Notes under the pieces: model-generated
What the model was told of the DNA's origin: nothing
What the model saw: the letters and a program-made list of their open reading frames with translations, nothing else
Database searches by the model: none
Shown here: one piece after another, positions 36,400 through 47,850 of the stretch
Numbering within the stretch: position 1 is the first letter of the stretch
Layout of the letters: each line of letters opens with the position of its first letter
Position numbers and translations under genes: made by a program
Assembly: GCF_045037415.1 (NCBI RefSeq)
Contig: NZ_CP173438.1
DNA: 64,000 nt
Strand: one strand, 5' to 3'
From: Escherichia coli
GTDB taxonomy: Bacteria; Pseudomonadota; Gammaproteobacteria; Enterobacterales; Enterobacteriaceae

Positions 36400-37215
36400 A
36401 TGAGCGTAAAAGTTATCGTCACAGACATGGACGGTACTTTTCTTAACGACGCCAAAACGTACAACCAACCACGTTTTATGGCGCAATATCAGGAACTGAA
36501 AAAGCGCGGCATTGAGTTCGTTGTCGCCAGCGGTAATCAGTATTACCAGCTTATTTCGTTCTTTCCTGAGCTAAAGGATGAGATCTCTTTTGTCGCGGAA
36601 AACGGCGCACTGGTTTACGAACATGGCAAGCAGTTGTTCCACGGCGAACTGACCCGACATGAATCGCGGATTGTTATTGGCGAGTTGCTAAAAGATAAGC
36701 AACTCAATTTTGTCGCCTGCGGTCTGCAAAGTGCATATGTCAGCGAAAATGCCCCCGAAGCATTCGTCGCACTGATGGCAAAACACTACCATCGCCTGAA
36801 ACCTGTAAAAGATTATCAGGAGATTGACGACGTACTGTTCAAGTTTTCGCTCAACCTGCCGGATGAACAAATCCCGTTAGTGATCGACAAACTGCACATA
36901 ACGCTGGATGGCATTATGAAACCCGTCACCAGTGGTTTTGGCTTTATCGACTTGATTATTCCCGGTCTACATAAAGCAAACGGTATTTCGCGGTTACTGA
37001 AACGCTGGGATCTGTCACCGCAAAATGTGGTAGCGATTGGCGACAGCGGTAACGATGCGGAGATGCTGAAAATGGCGCGTTATTCCTTTGCGATGAGCAA
37101 TGCTGCGGAAAACATTAAACAAATCGCCCGTTACGCTACCGATGATAATAATCATGAAGGCGCGCTGAATGTGATTCAGGCGGTGCTGGAAAATAAACCG
37201 CCGTTTAATCTTTGA
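36400..37215 (+). CDS. ybiV: HAD-superfamily Cof-type sugar phosphatase YbiV (SupH)
   Basis: ORF track 271 aa [26 protein letters not shown]...; paralogous to ybjI. Confidence 0.94.
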   Translation: MSVKVIVTDMDGTFLNDAKTYNQPRFMAQYQELKKRGIEFVVASGNQYYQLISFFPELKDEISFVAENGALVYEHGKQLFHGELTRHESRIVIGELLKDKQLNFVACGLQSAYVSENAPEAFVALMAKHYHRLKPVKDYQEIDDVLFKFSLNLPDEQIPLVIDKLHITLDGIMKPVTSGFGFIDLIIPGLHKANGISRLLKRWDLSPQNVVAIGDSGNDAEMLKMARYSFAMSNAAENIKQIARYATDDNNHEGALNVIQAVLENKPPFNL

Positions 37216-37256
37216 TTATCACCAATTCAGTTTATTGAGAAAGTGCATGTCATTAT

Positions 37257-37355
37257 ACCGGATACGGCGTGACCGCCTTATTTGGCATACAAAATCATGA
37301 AAATTCAATATATTGCGATACACTACCAGGCCTGATAAGCGTAGCGCACCAGGCA
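37257..37355. repeat. Composite REP/BIME-type extragenic repeat (two REP-like palindromic units flanking an IHF-like ATTCAATATATTG motif)
   Basis: CCGGATACGGCGTGACCGCCTTAT ... ATTCAATATATTG ... AGGCCTGATAAGCGTAGCGCACCAGGCA; a near-identical module recurs at 62052-62150. Confidence 0.75.
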
Positions 37356-37378
37356 ATCTTGCGTTTGTCATCAGTTTC

Positions 37379-37405
37379 AGTAGCCCTGACCATATCAGGG
37401 CTACT
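37379..37405 (-). terminator. Stem-loop downstream of ybiT (probable terminator)
   Basis: AGTAGCCCTGACCATATCAGGGCTACT inverted repeat 10 bp past the ybiT stop. Confidence 0.45.
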
Positions 37406-37414
37406 GATAATAAC

Positions 37415-39007
37415 TTACTCGATCCCTTTACTACGCAGGTAATCTTCGTAATTACCGCTAAAGTCGATCACGCGTTCCGGGGTGATTTCCAGAATACGGG
37501 TCGCCAGGGAGCTTACAAACTCACGGTCGTGAGAAACAAAGATCAGCGTGCCCTGATACAGTTCCAGCGCCATGTTCAGCGACTCAATGGATTCCATATC
37601 CAGGTGGTTGGTCGGTTCGTCCATGATCAGAATGTTCGGCTTCTGCATCATTAACTTACCAAACAGCATCCGCCCTTTTTCCCCACCGGAAAGCACTTTA
37701 GCTGGCTTTTTGATGTCGTCCTGGCTGAACAGCAAACGACCGAGAATACTGCGCACCGCCTGCTCGTCATCGCCTTCCTGCTTCCACTGACTCATCCATT
37801 CGAACACGGTCAGATCATTTTCAAACTCATATTCGTGGTCCTGAGCGTAGTAACCAATGCGCGCGTTTTCAGACCATTTTACGGTGCCGCTGTCCGGTTG
37901 CAGATCGCCCACCAGCGTTTTCAGCAGCGTTGATTTACCGACGCCGTTGGTACCCAGTACCGCCAGTTTTTCACCCACTTCCAGCAGCAGGTTGAGATTT
38001 TTAAACAGTGGACCGTTATCAAACCCTTTAGTCAGACCTTCCACTTCTAGCGCGTTACGGAACAGTTTCTTATCCTGTTCAAAACGGATGAACGGGTTCT
38101 GACGGCTGGAAGCTTTCACCTCTTCCAGTTTGATTTTATCAATCTGGCGCGCGCGCGAAGTTGCCTGGCGAGATTTCGAGGCGTTGGCGCTAAAGCGGCT
38201 AACGAAAGATTGCAACTCAGCAATCTGCGCTTTCTTCTTCGCGTTATCAGCCAGCAGACGTTCACGCGCCTGAGTCGCCGCCGTCATGTACTCATCGTAG
38301 TTGCCCGGATAAACGCGCAGCTCGCCGTAATCCAGATCCGCCATGTGGGTACAAACCATGTTAAGGAAGTGACGGTCGTGCGAGATGATGATCATGGTGC
38401 TGTCACGCTCGTTCAGCACCTGTTCCAGCCAGCGAATGGTGTCGATATCGAGGTTGTTGGTCGGTTCGTCGAGCAGGAGAATGTCGGGATCAGCAAACAG
38501 CGCCTGAGCCAGCAGCACACGCAGCTTCCAGCCAGGAGCAACTTCACTCATCGGGCCGTAGTGCTGTTCCACTGGAATTCCCACGCCAAGCAACAGTTCA
38601 CCAGCGCGAGCTTCCGCAGAGTAACCGTCCATTTCGCCGTATTTCACTTCCAGATCGGCCACTTTATAGCCGTCTTCTTCACTCATTTCCGGCAAAGCAT
38701 AGATGCGGTCACGCTCCTGCTTCACTTCCCACAACTCTTTATGCCCCATGATCACCGTATCCAGCACAGTGAACTCTTCAAAGGCAAACTGATCCTGACG
38801 CAGCTTACCAATGCGTTCGTTGGGATCGAGGGAAACGTTACCCAACGTCGGCTCTAAGTCGCCGCCGAGGATCTTCATAAAGGTGGATTTACCACTACCG
38901 TTCGCGCCAATCAGGCCGTAACGGTTGCCGCCGCCGAATTTGACGGAAATGTTTTCAAACAACGGCTTACTGCCGAACTGCATGGTGACGTTACTGGAAA
39001 CTAACAC
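37415..39007 (-). CDS. ybiT: ABC-F family ATPase YbiT (two ABC domains, no permease domain)
   Basis: ORF track 530 aa; Walker [10 protein letters not shown] and GTNGVGKST; two signature motifs; characteristic ABC-F linker. Confidence 0.94.
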
Positions 39008-39225
39008 AGGCGTATCCTGAAAAGAGATATGACAAACCGCGCATTATGCCATAAGTCTGAAAGAAGATCCTGCTCCTCGCTTAAGGTCTACACTCAAGCC
39101 AAAGGCAAAAAATGTGATTTCGTACACATCTGATTTCACTGTGAGCTGGAATGAACTTATAATGCGCTTCCAGTACTCTAATATTCTCAACCCAATGGCC
39201 TGCCAGGCACAAAATCTCGCTTAAC

Positions 39226-40146
39226 ATGAATATGAAATTGAAAACATTATTCGCAGCGGCCTTCGCTGTTGTCGGCTTTTGCAGTACCGCCTCTGCGGTA
39301 ACTTATCCTCTGCCAACCGACGGGAGTCGCCTGGTTGGTCAGAATCAGGTGATCACCATTCCTGAAGGTAACACTCAGCCGCTGGAGTATTTTGCCGCCG
39401 AGTACCAGATGGGACTTTCCAATATGATGGAAGCGAACCCGGGTGTGGATACCTTCCTGCCGAAAGGCGGTACTGTACTGAACATTCCGCAGCAGCTGAT
39501 CCTGCCGGATACCGTTCATGAAGGCATCGTCATTAACAGTGCAGAGATGCGTCTGTATTACTATCCGAAAGGGACCAACACCGTTATCGTGCTGCCGATC
39601 GGCATTGGTCAGTTAGGCAAAGACACGCCTATCAACTGGACCACCAAAGTTGAGCGTAAAAAAGCAGGCCCGACCTGGACGCCGACCGCTAAAATGCACG
39701 CAGAGTACCGCGCTGCGGGCGAACCGCTTCCGGCGGTCGTTCCGGCTGGTCCGGATAACCCGATGGGGCTGTATGCACTCTACATCGGTCGCCTGTACGC
39801 TATCCATGGCACCAACGCCAACTTCGGTATCGGCCTGCGTGTAAGTCATGGTTGTGTGCGTCTGCGTAACGAAGACATCAAATTCCTGTTCGAGAAAGTA
39901 CCGGTCGGTACCCGCGTACAGTTTATTGATGAGCCGGTAAAAGCGACCACCGAGCCAGACGGCAGCCGTTATATTGAAGTCCATAACCCGCTGTCTACCA
40001 CCGAAGCCCAGTTTGAAGGTCAGGAAATTGTGCCAATTACCCTGACGAAGAGCGTGCAGACAGTGACCGGTCAGCCAGATGTTGACCAGGTTGTTCTGGA
40101 TGAAGCGATCAAAAATCGTTCCGGGATGCCGGTTCGTCTGAATTAA
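39226..40146 (+). CDS. ldtB: L,D-transpeptidase LdtB (YbiS)
   Basis: ORF track 306 aa with signal peptide; YkuD catalytic motif SHGCVRL. Confidence 0.94.
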
Positions 40147-40163
40147 TCTTCAAAACGTAAAGC

Positions 40164-40190
40164 AAAGGCGGACTCATAATCCGCCTTTTT
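40164..40190. terminator. Bidirectional terminator between ldtB and ybiR
   Basis: AAAGGCGGACTCATAATCCGCCTTTTT. Confidence 0.6.
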
Positions 40191-40203
40191 AATTTGACAG
40201 ACC

Positions 40204-41322
40204 TTATCCCGCCGGGATCATAACCAACAAAACATATCCCACCAGCGCCGCCCACAACAGCATCGGTATCGAATAAAGATGAAAACGCCACCAGATACGG
40301 CGATCGTTCGCCATCCGTAACGCAATCAAATTTGCCAGCGATCCGGGTAATAAACCAAAGCCACCTACGTTTACCGCCCATGCCAGTAATAAAGACGGTG
40401 GCACATAATTGAGCAGCAAAATGGTACTCGGCACGTTACTGATCACCTGCGATAAACCGATCGCCGTTAGCCATAATCCGGGTTCGGATAAATGACTCAC
40501 GTTACTTAACACCCCCTGCAAAACTGGCAGTTGGGTTAGTAAATGGACGTCGATAAACATCGCCATAAACACCAGCAGCAGCGTCCAGTCCACACTGAGC
40601 ACCACGCGACGCGCCAGCAGCGCAAAGCCCGCCGCCACAATCACCAGTCCCCACAGCTCTTGTTTTAACTCCAGCGCCGTCAGAAAGACGATATACAGCC
40701 CCAGACAACTCCACACCAGCCGCGGTTTCCACTCCGGCGTTTGCCCTCCTGTATGGTACTGCAGCGCCTTTCCAGGGAAACAACACCAGCACAACAGCAG
40801 GAGTGTCAGCATCATTGCGCCAGCCAGCGGTGCCATTTGGGCAATAAATCCGGCAAACGAAAGACCAGAACGTCCCCAGATAAGAATATTTTGCGGGTTG
40901 CCAATTGGCGTCAGTAGCGAACCAGCATTGACTGCCAGCGCCTCAAAAATAATCAGCCGATTAACCGGGATCTCACACAGTCTTTTTAGCGTGATAGTCA
41001 GCGGAACAACTATAAACAGCGCGACATCGTTGGTCAGAAAGGTAGAAAGCAGCGCCGCCGCCAGTACCATAAACATCGCCAGCCGACGCTCCGTAGCAAA
41101 ACGGCGCACCATTTTGCGCCCCAGCACATCAAAATAACCGCTTAACTCGACACCTTTAGTCAGCAGCATCAGGCCGCTTAAGGTGATGATGGTGTGCCAG
41201 TCGATAGCAGCAGGCCAGGATTTCGGTGCAAAGGGAACGAAAAAACTTAATCCGATGCCAACAAGAATTAATAACTGAAAAAAACGATCGCCTTGCAGCG
41301 TGCGTAAAAAAGGCAGGCTCAT
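40204..41322 (-). CDS. ybiR: Putative anion transporter YbiR (ArsB/NhaD permease superfamily)
   Basis: ORF track 372 aa polytopic membrane protein; start overlaps mntR stop by 4 bp. Confidence 0.9.
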
Positions 41323-41786
41323 TTGGCACCGTGTTTCTGGGTAAACAAACGAAAGGCATCCAGCGTCTCTTCACTAACATGGTGCTCCATACCTTCCGCG
41401 TCGCGACGGGCGATTTCCGGACTGACGCCCAACACCAACAAGAAATTTTCGACTATCTGATGTCGCTCGCGGCTTTCCTGCGCCAGCTTCTCTCCTTCTG
41501 CCGTTAAAAACACGCCACGCCAGGGGATCATTTCAATCAGCCCCATGGTTGCCAGTCGCTTAAGCATTTTAGCCACCGTCGGTTGCGAAACCCCCAGACG
41601 AGCAGCCATGTCTACCTGACGAGCTTCCCCCACTTCCCTGATCAAGTCAGAAATCAGCTCAACATAATCATCAATAAGCTCGCGCCGATGCGCCTCTCTG
41701 ACCTGGCGGAACCCTTCAACGTGCTCTTCCACGTTCACTAACTGCGTCACTTTTTTTGCTGTTGGCGTACCTGCGCGACGACTCAT
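41319..41786 (-). CDS. mntR: Manganese-responsive transcriptional regulator MntR (DtxR family)
   Basis: ORF track 155 aa [28 protein letters not shown]...; ATG confirmed at 41784-41786. Confidence 0.95.
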
Positions 41787-41879
41787 TATGCTTCCTCATT
41801 ATGGTGACGCATACATAGCGTTCTCATTTCGTGCGCACATTGTAAACCAGAGTTGCGAAGGTACAAAAAATTAACGTTT

Positions 41880-41918
41880 TAGCAATAGCTATATAATATA
41901 GCCTGTGCTATATCTGTA
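41880..41918. promoter_or_regulatory. Probable MntR operator(s) in the mntS promoter
   Basis: Overlapping palindromes ATAGCTAT and ATATAGC-CTGT-GCTATAT, resembling the ATAGC-N4-GCTAT core of MntR boxes; about 55-90 bp upstream of the mntS ATG. Confidence 0.6.
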
Positions 41919-41971
41919 TGTAATGCAATCATCCCTCAAGGATCGATGGGATTAGCAAGTCAGGAGGTCTT

Positions 41972-42100
41972 ATGAATGAGTTCAAGAGGTGTATGCGCGT
42001 GTTTAGTCATTCTCCCTTTAAAGTACGGTTAATGCTGCTCTCTATGTTGTGCGATATGGTCAACAACAAACCGCAGCAGGATAAACCTTCCGATAAATAG
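41972..42100 (+). CDS. mntS: Small protein MntS (42 aa), manganese homeostasis; below the ORF-track size cut-off
   Basis: ATG 41972 preceded by AGGAGG; translation MNEFKRCMRVFSHSPFKVRLMLLSMLCDMVNNKPQQDKPSDK; stop TAG 42098-42100. Confidence 0.85.
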   Translation: MNEFKRCMRVFSHSPFKVRLMLLSMLCDMVNNKPQQDKPSDK

Positions 42101-42136
42101 CGGCGTCGCGGTACGCCGCTTCACTCCTGCTTTTAT
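42098..42136 (+). terminator. Possible mntS terminator hairpin
   Basis: AGCGGCGTCGCGGTACGCCGCT stem-loop followed by a T-rich stretch. Confidence 0.35.
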
Positions 42137-42371
42137 GCAGGCACAACGCGTTTTGGTCTGAAAAACCCCACTTTTTGTCGGATTTGCAATCCCCTTCGCA
42201 AAAGATTTGTTCGTCGGTAGTTGACCTGAACAGCAGCTCGCTCTATCTTCTTGCAGCCCTGCGTATATTGCGGCTCGCGGATGCGGACCCCTTTCCCCTC
42301 TTCACGCACTCTTGCAGGTATTGACCCTTGACGCCAGGGTAAGCACATGGCGTTTGTTACGATAGTGGCAT

Positions 42372-43955
42372 ATGAATTTAACCCTCAAAGAATCGCTTGT
42401 TACCCGTAGCCGGGTATTTAGCCCGTGGACTGCGTTCTACTTTTTACAGTCGCTATTAATTAACCTCGGCTTAGGTTACCCCTTCAGTTTGCTCTACACC
42501 GCTGCGTTTACGGCTATTTTGCTTTTGCTATGGCGAACATTGCCTCGCGTACAAAAAGTTCTGGTCGGTATCAGTTCGCTGGTGGCGGCTTGTTATTTCC
42601 CTTTTGCTCAGGCCTACGGCGCGCCTAACTTCAATACATTGCTGGCATTGCACTCCACCAATATGGAAGAGTCGACCGAAATCCTGACGATTTTTCCGTG
42701 GTACAGCTACCTGGTCGGCATATTTATTTTTGCGCTCGGCGTAATAGCAATCAGGCGAAAAAAAGAGAGTGAAAAAGCGCGCTGGAATACCTTCGACAGC
42801 CTGTGCCTGGTATTCAGTGTGGCGACATTTTTTGTTGCTCCCGTGCAAAACCTGGCCTGGGGCGGCGTATTTAAACTGAAAGATACTGGCTATCCGGTAT
42901 TTCGTTTTGCTAAGGATGTCATCGTCAATAATAACGAGGTGATTGAAGAGCAAGAACGGATGGCAAAACTTTCCGGAATGAAAGATACCTGGACGGTCAC
43001 TGCCGTTAAGCCGAAGTATCAGACCTATGTGGTGGTGATCGGAGAAAGCGCGCGTCGCGATGCCCTCGGTGCCTTTGGCGGTCACTGGGACAATACCCCG
43101 TTTGCCAGCAGCGTTAACGGTTTGATATTTGCTGACTACATTGCCGCCAGTGGCTCCACGCAGAAATCGCTTGGCTTAACGCTCAATCGCGTTGTCGATG
43201 GCAAACCACAGTTTCAGGATAACTTTGTCACCCTGGCAAATCGCGCGGGCTTCCAGACCTGGTGGTTTTCCAACCAGGGTCAAATCGGCGAATACGATAC
43301 CGCCATCGCCAGCATCGCCAAACGAGCAGATGAAGTGTACTTCCTGAAAGAAGGTAATTTTGAAGCAGATAAAAACACGAAAGACGAAGCGTTACTGGAT
43401 ATGACCGCTCAAGTGCTGGCGCAAGAGCACTCGCAACCGCAGCTGATTGTTCTACATCTGATGGGCTCGCATCCGCAGGCCTGCGACCGGACACAAGGAA
43501 AATACGAAACCTTTGTGCAATCGAAAGAAACGTCGTGCTATCTCTATACCATGACGCAAACAGACGATTTACTGCGCAAGCTGTACGATCAGTTACGCAA
43601 CAGCGGCAGCAGCTTCTCGCTGGTTTACTTTTCTGACCACGGTCTGGCCTTTAAAGAGCGCGGCAAAGACGTGCAATACCTTGCTCATGATGATAAGTAT
43701 CAGCAAAATTTCCAGGTGCCTTTTATGGTCATTTCCAGCGACGATAAAGCGCATCGGGTGATTAAAGCCCGCCGCTCGGCCAATGACTTCTTAGGCTTTT
43801 TCTCGCAGTGGACGGGAATTAAAGCGAAGGAAATAAATATCAAATACCCGTTTATATCTGAAAAGAAAGCCGGGCCGATATACATCACCAACTTCCAGTT
43901 ACAGAAGGTGGATTACAACCATCTCGGAACCGATATTTTCGACCCGAAACCTTAA
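42372..43955 (+). CDS. opgE: Phosphoethanolamine transferase OpgE (YbiP)
   Basis: ORF track 527 aa; N-terminal TM helices plus periplasmic sulfatase-like domain. Confidence 0.93.
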   Translation: MNLTLKESLVTRSRVFSPWTAFYFLQSLLINLGLGYPFSLLYTAAFTAILLLLWRTLPRVQKVLVGISSLVAACYFPFAQAYGAPNFNTLLALHSTNMEESTEILTIFPWYSYLVGIFIFALGVIAIRRKKESEKARWNTFDSLCLVFSVATFFVAPVQNLAWGGVFKLKDTGYPVFRFAKDVIVNNNEVIEEQERMAKLSGMKDTWTVTAVKPKYQTYVVVIGESARRDALGAFGGHWDNTPFASSVNGLIFADYIAASGSTQKSLGLTLNRVVDGKPQFQDNFVTLANRAGFQTWWFSNQGQIGEYDTAIASIAKRADEVYFLKEGNFEADKNTKDEALLDMTAQVLAQEHSQPQLIVLHLMGSHPQACDRTQGKYETFVQSKETSCYLYTMTQTDDLLRKLYDQLRNSGSSFSLVYFSDHGLAFKERGKDVQYLAHDDKYQQNFQVPFMVISSDDKAHRVIKARRSANDFLGFFSQWTGIKAKEINIKYPFISEKKAGPIYITNFQLQKVDYNHLGTDIFDPKP

Positions 43956-43957
43956 AA

Positions 43958-43990
43958 CAAAAAAATCCGCCCCGAGAGGCGGATTTTTAT
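43958..43990. terminator. Bidirectional terminator between opgE and ompX
   Basis: AAAAAAATCCGCCCCGAGAGGCGGATTTTTAT. Confidence 0.65.
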
Positions 43991-44003
43991 ATCACCGAAG
44001 TGA

Positions 44004-44519
44004 TTAGAAGCGGTAACCAACACCGGCAATCCAGGTGCCTACGTCAACGCTACGAATACGGCTCTGCTCGTAAGAGAAGTCCAGAGCAACGTTTTCCATC
44101 GGGTTGAACTGCAGACCAGCACCGTAGGAGAAACCGTAGTCGCTGGTGTCGTGTTTGTAGGTCGGGTATTCAGTGGTCTGGAATTTACCATAACCCACAC
44201 CCACTACACCGTAGATGCTTGCCCAGTCGTTAATGCGGTAAGCCGGACCAGCAGTGATGCCGTAGTACTGGTTTTTGTTGTAGTCACCAGAGCTTGCAGT
44301 ACGGCTTTTCTCGGTGTAAGTGAAAGAACCGATCACACCCAGCGGGCTGTTGTCTTCTTCATAGCGGTATTTCAGGTTGAAACCGCCCATTTTGTTCATT
44401 TGGCCCTGAGCGTCGCTCTGTGCGTAACCGCCAGTTACAGTAGAAGTCGCAGCTACGGAAGTACCTGCGGTGAAAGCCAGAACTGCGGCCAGTGCTGAAA
44501 CACATGCAATTTTTTTCAT
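44004..44519 (-). CDS. ompX: Outer membrane protein OmpX
   Basis: ORF track 44004..44525(-); 171 aa MKKIACVSALAAVLAFTAGTSVA... ending in the beta-barrel signature GVGYRF. Confidence 0.95.
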   Translation of the reverse strand: MKKIACVSALAAVLAFTAGTSVAATSTVTGGYAQSDAQGQMNKMGGFNLKYRYEEDNSPLGVIGSFTYTEKSRTASSGDYNKNQYYGITAGPAYRINDWASIYGVVGVGYGKFQTTEYPTYKHDTSDYGFSYGAGLQFNPMENVALDFSYEQSRIRSVDVGTWIAGVGYRF

Positions 44520-44871
44520 AACCACCTCAAATGTGATTCAAATAAGTCCTAAGTTTTAAATATATCAAAAATTAATGGGAAACTCTTCGCGATTTATGAT
44601 GTCTAACGGGCCATTTCATGTAACAGAACGTTTCCATACACCGCTATCCATCTAAATTTAAATCACTTTTTCAGAGAACTGCGTAAGTATTACGCATATT
44701 TTCCCTGTCATTCATCCAGATTATTCCTAATCACCAGACTAATGATTCCATCAATCCTGGCGCATTTTAGTCAAAACGGGGGAAAATTTTTTCAACAAAT
44801 GCTCAACCAGCATTGGGTATATCCAGTACACTCCACGCTTTACTTAGGTTTAGATATTTGTGGGAGAAAGG

Positions 44872-45759
44872 ATGCCTGGTTCATTACGTAAAATGCCGGT
44901 CTGGTTACCAATAGTCATATTGCTCGTTGCCATGGCGTCTATTCAGGGTGGAGCCTCGTTAGCTAAGTCACTTTTTCCTCTGGTGGGCGCACCGGGTGTC
45001 ACTGCGCTGCGTCTGGCATTAGGCACGCTGATCCTCATCGCGTTCTTTAAGCCATGGCGACTGCGCTTTGCCAAAGAGCAACGATTACCGCTGTTGTTTT
45101 ACGGCGTTTCGCTGGGTGGAATGAATTATCTTTTTTATCTTTCTATTCAGACGGTACCGCTGGGTATTGCGGTGGCGCTGGAGTTCACCGGACCACTGGC
45201 GGTGGCACTGTTCTCTTCTCGTCGCCCGGTAGATTTCGTCTGGGTTGTGCTGGCGGTTCTTGGTCTGTGGTTCCTGCTACCGCTGGGGCAAGACGTTTCC
45301 CATGTCGATTTAACCGGCTGTGCGCTGGCACTGGGGGCCGGGGCTTGTTGGGCTATTTACATTTTAAGTGGGCAACGCGCAGGAGCGGAACATGGCCCTG
45401 CGACGGTGGCAATTGGTTCGTTGATTGCAGCGTTAATTTTCGTCCCAATTGGAGCGCTTCAGGCTGGTGAAGCACTCTGGCACTGGTCGGTTATTCCATT
45501 GGGGCTGGCTGTCGCTATTCTCTCGACCGCTCTGCCTTATTCGCTGGAAATGATTGCCCTCACCCGTTTGCCAACACGCACATTTGGTACGCTAATGAGC
45601 ATGGAACCGGCTCTGGCTGCCGTTTCCGGGATGATTTTCCTCGGAGAAACACTGACCCCCATACAGCTGCTGGCGCTCGGCGCTATCATCGCCGCTTCAA
45701 TGGGTTCTACGCTGACAGTACGCAAAGAGAGCAAAATAAAAGAATTAGACATAAATTAA
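44872..45759 (+). CDS. rhtA: Threonine/homoserine exporter RhtA (EamA/DMT family)
   Basis: ORF track 44860..45759; ATG at 44872 gives 295 aa MPGSLRKMPVWLPIVILLVAMASIQG... Confidence 0.92.
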   Translation: MPGSLRKMPVWLPIVILLVAMASIQGGASLAKSLFPLVGAPGVTALRLALGTLILIAFFKPWRLRFAKEQRLPLLFYGVSLGGMNYLFYLSIQTVPLGIAVALEFTGPLAVALFSSRRPVDFVWVVLAVLGLWFLLPLGQDVSHVDLTGCALALGAGACWAIYILSGQRAGAEHGPATVAIGSLIAALIFVPIGALQAGEALWHWSVIPLGLAVAILSTALPYSLEMIALTRLPTRTFGTLMSMEPALAAVSGMIFLGETLTPIQLLALGAIIAASMGSTLTVRKESKIKELDIN

Positions 45760-45768
45760 ATTTACATT

Positions 45769-45803
45769 TCTGCATGGTTATGCATAACCATGCAGATTTT
45801 CTC
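45769..45803 (+). terminator. rhtA rho-independent terminator
   Basis: Perfect palindrome TCTGCATGGTTATGCATAACCATGCAGA followed by TTTTCT. Confidence 0.6.
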
Positions 45804-45884
45804 GCTACTTTTCCTCTACACCGTCTTTATATATCGAATTATGCAAAAGCATATTTATTCCGAAAATTCCTGGCGAGCAAATAA

Positions 45885-46562
<678 letters not shown>

Positions 46563-46786
46563 ATCCATCGCTGATGGTGCAGAACTTTAGTACACGATAA
46601 AAGCGGCTTCCTGACAGGAGGCCGTTTTGTTTTGTAGCCCGCCTCAACGCACTTATTTAGTGCATCCATCTGCTATCCCCAGCTGGTTAAGTAAATTTTT
46701 TGTATCCACATCATCACACAATCGTTACATAAAGATTGTTTTTTCATCAGGTTTTACGCTAAATAATCACTGTGTTGAGTGCACAA

Positions 46787-46912
46787 TTTTAGCGCACCAG
46801 TTTGGTGCCCCAGAATGGTGCATCTTCAGGGTATTGCCCTATAAATCGTGCATCACGTTTTTGCCGCATCTCGAAAAATCAATGAGTTGCAAAACTGGCA
46901 CGATTTTTTCAT
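46787..46912 (+). promoter_or_regulatory. glnH nitrogen-regulated promoter region: tandem NtrC-type sites, IHF-like site, sigma-54 -24/-12 element
   Basis: GTGCACaattttaGCGCAC and GCACCAgtttGGTGC (TGCACC-N-GGTGCA-like) at about 46787-46833; AATCAATGAGTTG at about 46874-46890; TGGCACGATTTTTTCAT at about 46896-46912. Confidence 0.65.
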
Positions 46913-46950
46913 ATATGTGAATGTCACGCAGGGGATCGTCCCGTGGATAG

Positions 46951-47712
<762 letters not shown>

Positions 47713-47850
47713 TAACGCTGCGCCTGTAAAGCGCACTGGCAGTTCCCTCTCCCCGCCGGGGAGAGGATTAGGGTGAAGGGCGCAAACCCGCTCCGGGGCC
47801 ATTAATTACCCTGAATTTGATTATTTACACCACGGTAACAGGAACAACAT

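Noticed and set aside
42133-42348. 71-aa minus-strand ORF in the mntS-opgE spacer
   Set aside because: No RBS, no recognisable fold, and it lies over the probable opgE promoter region; treated as non-coding.
47735-47790. GC-rich stem-loops between glnH and glnP (CTCTCCCCGCCGGGGAGAGG and GGGCGCAAACCCGCTCCGGGGCC) as a possible REP element or sRNA
   Set aside because: Not a canonical REP sequence and no promoter evident; more likely an intra-operon mRNA-stabilising or attenuating hairpin, so not called as a feature.
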